Assembly: GCA_002104905.1 (NCBI GenBank)
Contig: MCFE01000058.1
Span: 1 to 64,000 of the forward strand
From: Basidiobolus meristosporus CBS 931.73
Lineage: Eukaryota; Fungi; Basidiobolomycota
Direction of reading: 5' to 3'
Length of the DNA stretch: 64,000 bases
The notes below the pieces were generated by a model. That model was not told the origin of the DNA. It was given only the letters and a program-made list of their open reading frames with translations, and did no database searches. The position numbers and the translations under genes were made by a program. Below are positions 10,415 to 23,281 of this stretch, piece by piece (the stretch's first letter is position 1; each line of letters starts with the position of its first letter).

Positions 10415-11323
10415 CTAGTAATCACATTCAATCTGGTTGATGCCACCGCGACAGACCGTTCCGGGTGCACAATGTTGAGTGTATTCATATCCATTGGTGC
10501 ACACCTTGAACTCTTGGGAGATACCGGGGCTTGCACATTTTTTCGAATATCCCGAGCATCGGCCTAATACACTACCCGATTTTGGCGGGTTTGTAGGAGG
10601 CTTGGCAGGCTTTTTAGTGGGCTTTACAACGGAGGATGGCTTCGAAGGCTTAGCCGTTGTCGTGGGATTGGAGGGTTTTGGATCTACCGCACCGCCACCA
10701 TTCCCAGCAATCCTTACGGTTGGTCTCTTTGCGAACAGGTCCTTGCCGCTGTAACCGCCGTTGGTGAATTCAGGGATAGTCGCATATCCAGGAAGATTGA
10801 CAACCAACAGTTTGGGGCCAGTGACAGAACCCGATGCAGTGCCTTGAACCTCAATGTCGGCGCAATTCATGTAATATTCACGATTACCAGTTTTGTTGAT
10901 CCAAGCCCAAGCTAGAGTGGCCCTGCCACTGGGTGCTCCGGCGGGTATCTGAATACTGAAATCCAGTGATGCAATCAAACAATCATCAAATACATCCTTG
11001 AGGACGACAAACGTATTGTCATCGTAGGATAAAGCAAATTGGCAATGACCTCCGTTGTGAGGAGCACCTCCACTAATCTTGACTGGAAGTTTGCTACCAG
11101 CTTTGACAGTTTGTACTATCCCGCCTCTTCCGTACCCACGGCAAGGGTAGGGCCAGCGACCTGGGTCCAATGGAGAAGCCATATCATAGTCGGGGGTTCC
11201 CTTATATGTGGGGTTGTACTGCGACTCGCGAGGAGGAGGTTGAATCATTTGCATATGACCGAGAGCAATTGGAACTAGTGCCATTAGCGCCAAAACCGAG
11301 TGAGAGAGGTTGGAAAAAAGCAT
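10415..11323 (-). CDS. AA11-type lytic polysaccharide monooxygenase (chitin-active family) with Pro/Thr/Lys linker and C-terminal Cys-rich CBM19-like module, 302 aa, intronless
   Basis: 22-aa signal peptide then N-terminal His (HMQMIQPPPR), second brace His in APHNGGHCQFALSYD, W.WINKTGNREYYMNCADI; tail C..GYEYTQHCAPGTVC. Confidence 0.85.
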   Translation of the reverse strand: MLFSNLSHSVLALMALVPIALGHMQMIQPPPRESQYNPTYKGTPDYDMASPLDPGRWPYPCRGYGRGGIVQTVKAGSKLPVKISGGAPHNGGHCQFALSYDDNTFVVLKDVFDDCLIASLDFSIQIPAGAPSGRATLAWAWINKTGNREYYMNCADIEVQGTASGSVTGPKLLVVNLPGYATIPEFTNGGYSGKDLFAKRPTVRIAGNGGGAVDPKPSNPTTTAKPSKPSSVVKPTKKPAKPPTNPPKSGSVLGRCSGYSKKCASPGISQEFKVCTNGYEYTQHCAPGTVCRGGINQIECDY

Positions 11324-12147
11324 GTTGTGTGACCTGCTAGCCTGCTAGAAATGAAGTCGGATCTACTCCGGTAAATCAGAAAGTATGCTCTCAGGAAAGG
11401 CCTGTCTGTGCCATTTTATACTTCACTGGAAGTGGTATTCCGTCCGAATTAGTAGGTAGGGAATGTGCAAAACCGGACTCAGGTTAGTAATAGCGAACTG
11501 TTGGCATGTAGCAATAAGCACTCGCTTGTGGTGTTACATTGGCATTTCAAACTCATCTACTTGCGCATCCACCTCAAAGTTTTATTGCTCCCATTCTGAA
11601 TTAGGTGCCGCGTTAGTCTACTTGCAACTGAAACTCCAATGATGGATACCAGGCATCAAGACGAGCTCAAGTGCATAAATTATCCTCCTAAAAGAATTCA
11701 AGTTATTGTGCAGGTGGTGTATCGATCAGCGATATTAATATGAAACCTCACACGAAGTGAAGTTACACTCCCCTTATTGATATCAGAAATCTCCGGATGA
11801 ATCATTCACTACGGAACGCTTGACTGCCAAAATTTGTATGAAAACAAGATACAGTGGATATAGGGATTACTTCGCCACTCTCCATGGAGAAGGGTAGCCA
11901 GGGCATTGATTTGTAAAAGGTAGTATCTATTTCTACCAAGGCTTCATTCAACCCCTCCACCGCCATACTTTAATCCTTGTCAGGCCAGCCAGCCTAAATC
12001 CCAAGTGTAGTAAAATCTGTCAAAATCCAACCCTAGTCATAAACTTCCTGCATAGTCAATGATCCGGAAGCTAAAATAGCTTCAAATATTTAATAGTGTT
12101 ATGAAATACGTAAATTGTAATGGGCAATGGCCTGTTACTCTTTAAGC

Positions 12148-13070
12148 TCAGCTTTGGGGCATTGAACGACCAGAAACATCATTAGATATTGGCAAACCAG
12201 GCAGTAATCTCCCCAACATGTCAGCACGGTCGGGTTGGTCATAGTGCTGAAAGTGAGAGGCATCATTGTTCCAGATGAGCTTCTTGTCTGATGTATGTAT
12301 GGAGTCACAATGTTGTTTCGCTGCTGGAGCGCTCATACAATTATCCCTATGGATGATCAACACAGGCTTGGTAAACTTCGTCACCTCGGGAACAGTTGTA
12401 TACTCGAAATGGTCGAGTTCACTCACGACCGTATACCGATTTTCGAAACTCTTCAGCGTCTACGGACCATTCCGTGACCAAATCACCGGTCCTGGAAGCC
12501 CTGCCAGCGACCCATCGTCAGGATCAGCGGCCTTAGGATCGACCAGAGGATGATACATCACTTCTCCTATCTTCTCGTAAATCTATCAAGCCTGCTTCAC
12601 TCTCTCAGAAAGTGACTCATAGAGATCTTCCCCTGGTTCATATGTTGGCATCTTCATGGGCCGATATCCGCACCAGGCTCCTAAGCAACACATCTGTCTC
12701 TTGAATAGCCAGACGCTGAGGCTTCCTCAAAGACTCGGTCATCGTAAGCAATATCGAGCGACTCTGGTCCTCCTTGACAGATACCGACCAGGAAGAGTCT
12801 TGATTTATCCACATCGCCTCGGCTTATCAGGTAGTCCAGCCCCGCGACCGCATCCTCATTCTTTATTCTTGGGGTTTCCATTCGTCTCGGCTGTCCAGTG
12901 CTCTCTCCGACGGTACGCGGATCAAAGATGAGGGCAGCATGGCCTTCATCGGCCAACTGGGTGGCATAGTGTAATGAAGCTTGCTCCTCGATGAAAGAGT
13001 TAGGGCCAATGATCACAATGCTGAGCAGGTTGGGAGCACCAGTAAAGAACCCCGCCGATTGTCTCTCCAT
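12148..13070 (-). pseudogene. Disrupted alpha/beta-hydrolase (YcjY/COG1073-like), no introns seen
   Basis: FDPRTVGESTGQPR, nucleophile elbow GICQGG, C-terminal PVLIIH and ASHFQHYD. In-frame stops at about 12681, 12586-12591 and 12460, plus a frameshift near 12660. Confidence 0.75.
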
Positions 13071-13334
13071 GGGGTGGGCATGTCACCTTCTCTGTAGTGT
13101 ATCTACCATGGACAGGCATATTGACTAGACAGGACCTGTGTTCTTTGGTCGGTTAGGTTTGTAAGATTCCCAGGTTTAGTGTTCTTCGATATGTTGGCCC
13201 TTATTTATTGATTTGGCTTTTTGATGATCATTCTAGCGCTCATATCTCCGAATTGTACAACTGAATTTATTCTGGGATATTTCGCCTCTCCTTTTTTATC
13301 TGAACTCCGATCGTGAATTAAGATGCCCAGATTA

Positions 13335-13464
13335 GTTGGTGTGCCTCGATTATCCTGGATGTTGGTGTGCCTCGATTATCCTGGATGTTGGTGTGCCTCG
13401 ATTATCCTGGATGTTGGTGTGCCTCGATTATCCTGGATGTTGGTGTGCCTCGATTATCCTGGAT
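13335..13464. repeat. Perfect minisatellite, 5 x 26 bp (GTTGGTGTGCCTCGATTATCCTGGAT)
   Basis: Five identical head-to-tail copies with no spacers. Confidence 0.95.
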
Positions 13465-14025
13465 GGCTCAACTACATGGTTATTATTTATCTACCCCTAT
13501 TCTTCTTGCTTACTAAATACTGTATTCAGCTAACATCAATATTTGGCATACTTCCATCTGTGGCTAATATCTCAACATTAAGGTAATTCCCATACCACCC
13601 ATTTTCTCTAGCCTTGGTGCACAAAACTCTGCTCATTTTGAGGTGTTGTCAATCATACCTTTGTGATCGAGCTTTAGGGTCCCTTTTTCTTAATCCACTG
13701 ATTGCTTAGCAGATGGGCTACCATACTTGGGCAATTAGGAACCAGTTAATAGACTCAACTACTCACTTTATTATGCATCTTAAACTGCCCTAGAGTCATA
13801 TAACATATTTGATAAACTTTCGCACTCTGCATAGCTGTACTCAAGTCCATTGACCAAATACTGGTAATTCCTTGCTGAAGTCCACGTGTGTAGCAATGAT
13901 TACTACAGAAACATCGAAGAATGGGCACTCTACTCAAGCATCAATTTATTAAAGTGCGAGTGGGACTCCCTGATGGGTATATAAAGGTGACTAAAAGTAA
14001 CTAGTTGTACGTATAAATCAGAAAT

Positions 14026-14463
14026 ATGAGAGCATTCCTCACACTCTTGTTACTTACCATAGTCTCTACTACCTTTGCGGCTCGGCTAGGCAAATGCCAA
14101 GGGTGGTCAGTAGCACCTCTTACTCATTCTGTTGGTGGCAAGTCAACATTTAGAGCTAACGATGAAGTCACGCTCAAGTGGAACGTGGGTATTTCACAAG
14201 TGAAATACATCCGTGAAGTAACCTTGAGCAGCGCCAAATCCAACCAACCTCTTCATACGCAGCTTCGCAGCTATCCCGGAATTAAAGCCTCGAATGGGAA
14301 AATTACTTTTAAACTCTCTGTACCTCTTTGTCTTCAAAGAGAGGGTGAATACTTCCTTAACGTGGTCGCCAGCACTCCCGGCAAGGAAGGTGACTGCTTG
14401 GCAACTACTCCCAGCTTCAGATTGACCCCGGAACCTAACAAGGATTATTCAGTATGTAAATGA
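14026..14463 (+). CDS. Small secreted protein (145 aa, 4 Cys), probable beta-sandwich / Kre9-KNH N-terminal-like fold
   Basis: Signal peptide MRAFLTLLLLTIVSTTFA, pattern VTLKW...G.ITF..P...G.Y.L.V...T..F, TATATAAA at 13978-13985. The fold assignment is tentative. Confidence 0.75.
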   Translation: MRAFLTLLLLTIVSTTFAARLGKCQGWSVAPLTHSVGGKSTFRANDEVTLKWNVGISQVKYIREVTLSSAKSNQPLHTQLRSYPGIKASNGKITFKLSVPLCLQREGEYFLNVVASTPGKEGDCLATTPSFRLTPEPNKDYSVCK

Positions 14464-15321
14464 GTCCCCGGAACTGTAATGACTAGGGCATCATAGTTTA
14501 TGGACCCAATAAACTAGGGTTTCCTGCTACCCAATCTATTTTACTTCGATAATTGCCAAGGATGTTGTTAGCGTAAGCATTTATGGAGATCAACCCAACT
14601 TCTGGAAAAGCATACATAAGTTCATTTGTGAAGCTTGTAGCGGTTCACAATTTGAATTCTGAAGTTGCTGTATTTCCTGACCAAAATGAGTCTACAGTTT
14701 TCTGTATGATCACATGTTCCAATATCACTAACCCTTGTACTCTCTAATACCCACCCTACTCTTATCTTGGGGAGCAATGGCCAGACCTATCCCAGGCTTT
14801 GACTCCAGTTCTTATCACTTAAATAAGCTCCCATAGTTACACACTAAACCGCTCCTTGCATCCCGACCATTGTCACAAAGTCAACATGTATAGATATTGC
14901 ATGCCAAAATTGGATCACGAATAGGTTTAACTTTCACATCAACAATTGCAACAATGCAAGAGCTCTTTGATATAACCTTCGAGATTGAGGGAAATGATGT
15001 AATACACGTGCAAAAAATTCAACTGACCAAATAAGCTCGCCTCCGTTGAAACCTCCATTCACTCTGCGAAGATCTCCAATCTCGATGCAGAAATTGATTG
15101 GTATATGAGCGACTGACAGAGAAATGAAATGTCACAAATCATAGATTTGCGGACAGTTTCGCGGACAGATTTGCGGGTTTATTCTAATTTTAAGTTTGTC
15201 CACCTTGCTGATTCCGCAGTTTGGACTTGAAAATTCCTTGCTGTGTATATAATCCACACGCGGCCTACGTTCTCACCCATGCTTATCTCACTTCTACACG
15301 TGCAACGTCAAAGAGTTTCGT

Positions 15322-18300
15322 ATGGATCCGACAAGTGAACTTCCAAAGCATCGCTCTAGGCGACCGCCACCTGGGGTGGACACCTCAAATTTCCTTTCCT
15401 TCTTCACCTTTCAATTCGTAGAACCTCTCATTCTTTTCGGCCGTAAAAACGAGATAGCAGAAGAGCATCTGCATGAGCTGGGGAAACGAGAGCAAATCGG
15501 GCAGCTAACCGAACGCCTTGCCTTCGAGTGGAATATCGAGTCTAAGAAAGCAAAGCCCAGCGTGTTGAAAGTCTTGTGGAGAGTTTTTGGGCCTTACTAC
15601 AGCACTACCTTGATAACCTGCGCTATAGAGGCTGCTGCTCAAATCGGGGAAGCTGTGGTGCTAGGGTACTCATGATTCCCATTGATCCGAGAAAATGGCA
15701 CTAATCGCACTTGAATTTTCTAGATATCTCATTCGGTTCTTTCAGGATCCGGATACACCCGCCAAAGACGGATACCTTTACGCATTTGCTCTATCAATGT
15801 GTACATTGGTCCATGCGGTGATACCCCATCATTTTTACTTTGCTGCCCTACGAACTGGGCTTAACATGCGAATGAGTCTGATTGCGCTTATGTATCGTAA
15901 GTGCATGTCGCTATCAATGACATCGTCCATTTCAACCGGAGCGGTGATCAATCTGATTTCCAACGATGTTCAGCCGTTCGAAAACGCCGCACCCATTGCC
16001 ACTTGGGCCATTATAGGACCGCTGCAAACGATCGCGATCATTGTAGTCCTCTACCGGGAAATTGGCCCCTCTGTGTTCGCTGGGTTGGGCGCGTTTGTTG
16101 TTCTCTTACCGCTACAGGCGTATTTTGCGAAACGCTTCTCCCGCATGCGGGAAGAGACGGTGACCCATCGTGACGAACGTATAAGGACACTCTCGGATAC
16201 CCTCAGCGGAATCGATCTCGTCAAACTCTCGACCTGGGAGGATCCCCTCTGTGAAAGCATCAACAGGCTAAGAGAAAAGGAGCTAAAGTACATTAGCAAA
16301 TCCAACAACATGCGCGCTTTCAACATGGCCAGCTACTTCTTCTTCCAGAGCGTAGCTTCGCTCTTGACCTTTGCGACATACTGGGCTACCGGGAATTCGC
16401 TGCGACCAGACAAAGTGTTTGTTTCGCTGACACTGTTTAACGTGGTCCGTTTGACTATGACAAGCTTTTTCCCCCAAGCGCTGGCCACCATATCGGAGTC
16501 CTTCGTTTCCGCCAGAAGAATCCGAGACTTTCTAATGCTGACGGAGCTCAAGCATCTGGAAAGTGTCGATTCGAATGATGGGGGTTTGAGGAGCTCCAAT
16601 CGACCGGGAGTACTCTTGGAATTGAAGGAAGCGGCATTTAATTGGGCCATCAACCATGACCATTGCGTCCTACGGGATTTGTCGTTCAGCCTGGGCCATT
16701 CCGAGCTTCTGGCAGTTGTTGGGCCAGTTGGTGCCGGGAAGACCTCATTATGTATGGGGATCCTTAATGAACTCCACTTGGATCATGGTAGCATGTATCT
16801 CGCCCCCTCCATTCGGATTGCATACGCAGCGCAATCGCCTTGGCTCTTTGCTGGCACTATTAAAGAGAATATCCTGTTTGGCGCAGCGTACGAACCTCTA
16901 CGATTCGCGAAAGTCATCCAAGCCTGCCAACTCGAGAGCGACTTCTTGATTCTCAGTAACGGAGAGAACACGCTGATCGGGGAAAGAGGCGTGACCCTTT
17001 CCGGTGGCCAGAAAGCCCGTGTGGCACTTGCTCGAGCGGTGTATCAAAAGGCTGACCTATATATTCTTGACGACCCTCTGTCGGCGGTAGATCCGCATGT
17101 TGGGTATAAGATGTTCCACGAATGTATACGCGGCTTTTTGAAAGGAAAGGCGGTAATCCTAGCCACCCATCAACTACAATATGTCAAGGATTGCACTGAG
17201 GTGTTGATTCTCGATGGAGGAATTCCGATATACTCTGGGCTTTCTCGGGACCTCTTGGTACACCCTTCCCAACCTGGCAATGGGGCAGCTACCCGCAAAA
17301 CATTTATTGACGTTCTGCGAGAATTCTACACCTACAACGGGGATGATGAGGTTGCGCCAGAACAACTCTCTAGGAGAAGATCCGTTGTGAAATTGGTCGA
17401 AGAGGATGACCTCGCTGATGTCGATGTAGAAACCCAAGTCGAGGAATATGATCCAAAGGCTAATCAACTTGTGGCCGAAGACCGAAACATGGGAGGCACA
17501 AGTCTACGTACGTATGTAGAGTTCTTCAGGGTCGGATCGTCAGCATTCTACCTGATTCTTGTTGTATTGTCGCTGTTTGTAGGGCAAGGGTTCTCGGTGG
17601 CTGCCGACTTTTTCCTCTCCAAATGGGCTGGATATGACGACGTGAAGCAGGGAAAGCAAGAGAATGTGGGGATCTTCGCGGCACTGACTGCACTAACCGT
17701 CATATTTGCCGGCGTGCGTGCTTTGCTATTCTTTAGAGCTATGCACAACTCATCCAGAGAGATCTTCAAAAAGATGCTCCATGCCGTATTAAATACAGAC
17801 ATCAACTTCTTTCGAATGCACCCTCAGGGCCGTATTCTCAACCGGTTCTCAAAGGACCAAGCCAATTGTGATGAGCTTCTGCCGCTGAATTTCTTCGACG
17901 CAGTCCAGTGCTTCTTCATGCTTCTGGGTTCCGTCGTAGTAGTATGTATTGGCAATCCTTGGGTGATCATCTCCCTGCCATTCCTGGGCGTTATATTCTA
18001 CACCCTTAGACAGCTATACATGCTCTCCTCTCGCCAAATCAAGCAGATCGAATCAACAACCAGATCACCGGTCTACTCCTTGCTCTCAGAAACGCTTGAC
18101 GGCTTGTCTACGATCCGAGCATATGGGGCTCAGAATCGATTCATCAACATGTTCATCAACGCCGAAAGCGAGAATTCTCGAGCCTTCTTCATGTACATCT
18201 GCTCAGCAAGATGGCTTGGCTTTCGTCTGGACATTCTTGCCACAGTGTTTCTGACTGTCACAGCGTTTGCATCGGTTGGTGCTCGGTCGACGCAATCTGC

Positions 18301-19312
18301 GGGGCTTGTAGGGCTATCTCTGAGTTACGTGCTGCAGCTGATGGGCATCCTTCAATGGGCTGTCCGACAGTCGATCGAGGTGGAGATTACGTTTGTGTCG
18401 GTCGAGCGTATGCTCTCGTACACCAAGCTACCTCCGGAAGGGCCGAGGGTGACCGATGTCCGCCCACCTAAAAACTGGCCGCAGGACGCCTCCGTGGAGT
18501 TTAGAGGTATGTCGCTTGTTTATCCGGGATCGGATAAAGCAGTGCTTCAGAACATTAACTTGGAAATCCGTCGCCACGAAAAAATCGGGGTCGTGGGACG
18601 GACCGGGGCTGGAAAATCGTCGCTTTTGACGGCGCTCTTCCGGCTTTTTGAAGCCTCGCCATCTGGCAGTATTTCCATTGATGGCATTCCAATCTCTGAC
18701 CTTGGATTGCATGACTTGAGAAAGGCGATATCCATCATTCCTCAGGTGCCATTCCTATTCAAGGGGACGCTTCGGTTCAATTTGGATCCTTTCAATGAGC
18801 ATGACGATCAAGCCTTATGGAGGGCGCTAGAGCTTGCCGAGCTTAAGGATACGGTTTGCAAGCTAAACGCGGGGCTTGATACCGAGGTGGCTGATAACGG
18901 AAAGAACTTCTCCATTGGCCAAAGGCAGTTGCTGTCGCTTACTCGGGCCATCCTTCGGAACACCAAACTCCTGGTGATGGATGAGGCCACGGCGAACGTG
19001 GATTTACAATCAGACAGATTCATACAACGCTCCATCCACACGTGCTTCGAGCAAGCCACTGTTCTGACGATCGCCCATCGGTTAAACACGGTCATCGGAG
19101 ATTACGACAGAATCCTGGTTCTGGACCAGGGAAGGGTCGTGGAATTTGACGAACCGTGGATATTGCTGCAAAAGGAGAATGGTTGGTTAGCGGGCATGGT
19201 ACGTAGCACAGGGCCAGAGAGTGAGCGTGAACTAAGAGCCGTTGCTAAGAGGCAATGGGAACAACGCTATCATCGTGATTCGACTACTACACCTCAGTTG
19301 GTGGAATACTAA
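15322..19312 (+). CDS. ABCC/MRP-type ABC exporter, short form without TMD0 (ABCC4/Yor1-like), about 1310 aa; join(15322..15665,15724..19312)
   Basis: Intron GTACTC...CTAAT...CTAG (15666-15723) restores the frame. NBD1 GPVGAGKT / LSGGQKARVALAR / YILDD; NBD2 GRTGAGKS / FSIGQRQLL / VMDEATANVD. Confidence 0.95.
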
Positions 19313-19583
19313 ATAGATTATTGTAGTAATAAAGCCAATACCCAAGTGCGAATTAAAAATACATATATACAACCCAGAGCAATAACTCTTCGCTGCAAAG
19401 TTGGGAGGGAGGATGACCGAATGTATCGCAGCAAAAGCCAATATTTGGTAGTATTTATGACATAAGATAGATACACTTGTTGATTACATGATCTTCACCA
19501 AAACTCTTTCTTTCCACTTCACTTCAGTACACAAAACTCTTTCTTTTCACTTCAGTACGCTTCAACGAACCTTGGCATCATAC

Positions 19584-20854
19584 TTAGCCTCCGATCTGTT
19601 TATCTTCTGACTGCAACTCGGTGACAATGAGCGCCTTCTTCACCTCTTGAAACTCCTCTCTTAGGATTCTAACTTCTTGGTTCTCTTTCTCCAGTCTTTG
19701 TCTCCATTCAGTGATCCTGTTGCTTAATTCGTCCCGTGCTGTAGCGCGCAAATGTTGAGTCTGTTGAAGAGTGATTTTCTGCAAGTCGATCACCTCCTGA
19801 TGAGGATTCGGGATCCGCTCTCTCTGTGCCTCCTTGAGATACTGTAGAATTTCTCGTGTTGTCATCTCAAGTGCATTCTCAATGGCCCTTATTTGCGCGT
19901 CGATATCGGTGTTATCACTGACTCTTAGATTGCTGATGAGCTGCTCCAGAGCGTGTTCCAATCTTCGTACCCATTCGTACGCGATGTCTTCGTTCTTGAC
20001 TTTGGTATAGGCCCCTGTTTCAAGTCTCAACCCAGAAGTTAGGCATGCATTCTCGGGAATCAACGCTTTTAATACTATCCTACTTGTGATGCTTTTCTTT
20101 TTTTGCCTTGAGTGCCTTTGCTACGTTAGAGAGACTTTCCTTGCACTGAATCTCCCCATATGCCTTATCCTCTGCACACAATTCCTTCGCATACTTATCT
20201 TGGGTTTTAAGATGCTCTTGTTTACGCAAAGATCCTGAAATCCCCCTCTTTAAACTGGTTAACGTTTCGGGTTGTGTTTCTACTGGCTGCAATTCGTGTT
20301 TGGTTGCAATGCTCACGTTCATTTCTGCCCCAGTGCGCTCCAGCGATCTCTCTGCTCTTAGAGGAATGGATTCCGGAGCTTCCCCTGTCCCAAGCAATGC
20401 AATGATGAACATGATGGTGGCGTTGGGTGGGATCACTCCTGAGCGGCCGCGTTCATCCCAAACATGGTCACCAGTGACCCAGAACCTTGCAACTTCACCG
20501 ACCGACATTTGAAGGATGCCTTATATCCGCTTTGAATGACGTCGCAAGAATTTATTTGGTCGGTATACATTACCTTCTTCCCAGGCGTTTCCGACGCCGA
20601 TTTTGCACCTGAAAGGCTCACCACGATTATAGAATGGTTGGGCTGCCGTACCGGCCTAGAGTGGACTTGATCAGAATACAGAATCCTCCACCAGCCATCA
20701 CCAAGCATACGTACAATGTAGAGATATTGGAGGGTAACCTGTCCACCCTGGATGGATTCGTTAGACAGTGGCTAGGACATAAGCACGAGTAACCGACCCT
20801 CTTGGGGAAATTTTTCCCATCGCCAAATTGGATAACTTCACGGGTGTTTCCCAT
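19584..20854 (-). CDS. Divergent FKBP12-like domain fused to a charged coiled-coil C-terminal extension
   Basis: Exons 20854-20798, 20747-20715, 20655-20574 and 20519 onward splice to MGNTREVIQFGDGKNFPKRGGQVTLQY...RGEPFRCKIGVGNAWEEGILQMSVGE...GVIPPNATIMF. Joining the last exon (19584-about 20020) needs an intron with a GAG acceptor, which is uncertain; otherwise the CDS stops at 20080. Confidence 0.6.
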
Positions 20855-21221
20855 TCTTGCTCCGTAGACACAAAGAAGGCAGTGACTTGCACAACTCCAA
20901 GTGTCCATGACTTTAATATTGGAGTGACGTCCACTGGATTGATGGTGAGGTAAGTGACTACCCAAAATGGCCCCTCGACGGTGGCATCAGAGCAGTCACG
21001 TCGGTGAATGATCGGGCCATTCTTGGGGCTTCCTTAGTTTGGCATTTTGACGCCACTACTTCCACACCCTTTCAGGTAAGTAACATTGGAAACCTCGGTA
21101 AAGATCACTTTAATTACGTTTATCTACATACGTTAGAATCCGGTCAGAGACCCATCAGAAAATACACACGACAGTAGCGTAGGGTATGGAAAAAATGGTA
21201 GCGTGTCATCGAGCATGCAAT

Positions 21222-23281
21222 TCAATTCCTACGAGTTCTGCTTCTTCTAAATGTATTTTGCTGTCCCAAGCCAACAAGGCTGTACCCTTCGTCTCCGTTT
21301 TCGATGCTTAGATTTGGGCTGGCTGGTCTGTCTATGTCTCTGGGTAACGACAACTCCCCAGGGCGTGTAAGGAATGGTTTCAAAGTACGATTATCGAATG
21401 AGGTGAACCAATGACTGTCTTGGGGTAGGGGTGGTGGCGAAGGCTCTCTCTCCTCATCCAACAAGGAATCCTCTTCGAAGAACTCCTCCTCGTCATCCTC
21501 AAACCAGGCGGTGTTACTACGGCGGTTCTGACGGGCCTTCTTCTTCTTCTTGCGGCCTCTTCTCTCATAATAGGTCATGGGTTGCTCAAAGTCTTCATCT
21601 GAGCTCTCGTCCTCATCGTCGTCCTCTACTCCAGTGCTGATGTCTAGTTTCTTCAACATCAAGGGCGTGGTTCCTCCGAACAAAACGACGCTCACAATCA
21701 CCACCACTATCGTTGTGGTTCTTACTACGGTTCCCCCGTATTCGACCATACCAATGGCCAACACGACAGATACGGCCCCTCGAAGCCCCGCCCAGAACAG
21801 CATGAACTGGTGGTTTTTGGCAATAGCTGGACTCGGCTTCTTCAATAAATGACGCGAGCCGAAATTAATGATTCTGGAGTACGGGAAGATTGCAAAGTAT
21901 CTAGCAATGCACATGATGATCTACAAGCGGTTAGCTATGGGCTACCCTCTGGGAAGTAAATGTCGGGCCTTACCACAGTACAGATAATAAAGAAAGGTTT
22001 GTAAACATCGTTCTCATGAGTAAACATGGACACGCCGAGGTAGATGAAGATGAAATTCTCCGAGAGCTGGCAGAGTATGTGAAATATATACTTCGTAGTG
22101 CGCCGAGTTTTGATCGACATGTTATCGTATGCGTAATGCTTTAAGCTGATCCCGGTAAATAGTAAGGATACAATTCCTGGGTTCTTGGATTAGCATAGTG
22201 CCTACTGGGGATCTACATTCAATATACGAACCGGAGATCTCGATGCCATTTGCCAGGAAGTATGAGCTATACGCCACGATGATTACGATGCACGACTCTG
22301 TGGCTGGGTATCTTCGTAGTTCGGTGAACTTCAGTTGCAAGGCACACAGCATGCCCACGCCGACCCCAACGAACAGGGAGCTTAAGAAAATAAACATGAA
22401 TGTGCCGATACCAAGAACCACATTGGAGAAGTACATCTCGGAGCCATGGTATTTTCTCAGCGTTCTACATTAGTCATCTATAAGCCTATGTCTTTGGGTT
22501 GCATCGCTAATTGTTTCCTGCTTACTCGAATAGAACGATGGACACTGCGTCGTTCATGATACTCTCGCCGAAAATAAGGGTGAACAGCTTCGGATCCACC
22601 TTCAGCTGGGAAAAGATGGCAAGAACGGTGACCGGATCCGTGGCGGAGAGCACCGAGCCGAACATAAAGCATTCATTGAGGGAGAGAACAATATTTTCAA
22701 CTCCAGTCAGAGTGATCATGTAGGTAAATCCGCTGACGTAGGACTGGTTAGCTCGTGCATTGGCGAAATAAACGTGCGTCGAGATTTCTCACCCAATGAC
22801 CAGGGCAGTAGTAAATGTGCCAAGGAGAGCAAAAATAAGAATAGTTCCAATGTGTCGGAAAAAGCGATTCTGCACACATATGTTACCAACTGATTCGGCC
22901 TGTAGAGCATCAGAAAAAACTAACCCGCTTCAGTTCGTATCCTGAATTCAATATGATCGGGGGCAGGATCAAGTTCAAGAAGAACCCCGAATCAAAGGTC
23001 ATCAGGTTTCTCAACGTTGTTGTTGGCCCGAAACGTATAACAAGCCCGACAAGCATCCCTTCCAGAACATGAGCGGTCAGTTTTAAACACAGGGATCAGT
23101 TCAGGGTAGACCTACCTACGAATATAGAGACCACCGATTCGTGTATCATGCGCACCTCTTTCCTTTTCAAAAAGTAGCTGATCCAGAGGATCAGTAACAT
23201 TAAGGATAGATATATCAGCAACGCCCAACTTGAGTAGAACTCATCTTCAAGCGGTGCCTGGTGTTCGCTGTTTTCAGGCAT
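21222..23281 (-). CDS. NHX1: Endosomal/vacuolar Na+(K+)/H+ exchanger, CPA1 family, paralog A (multi-exon)
   Basis: [78 protein letters not shown]. Confidence 0.9.

Noticed and set aside
13335-13464. CRISPR-like array of 26-bp repeats
   Set aside because: The repeats are contiguous with no spacers, there are no cas genes and the context is eukaryotic; it is a minisatellite.
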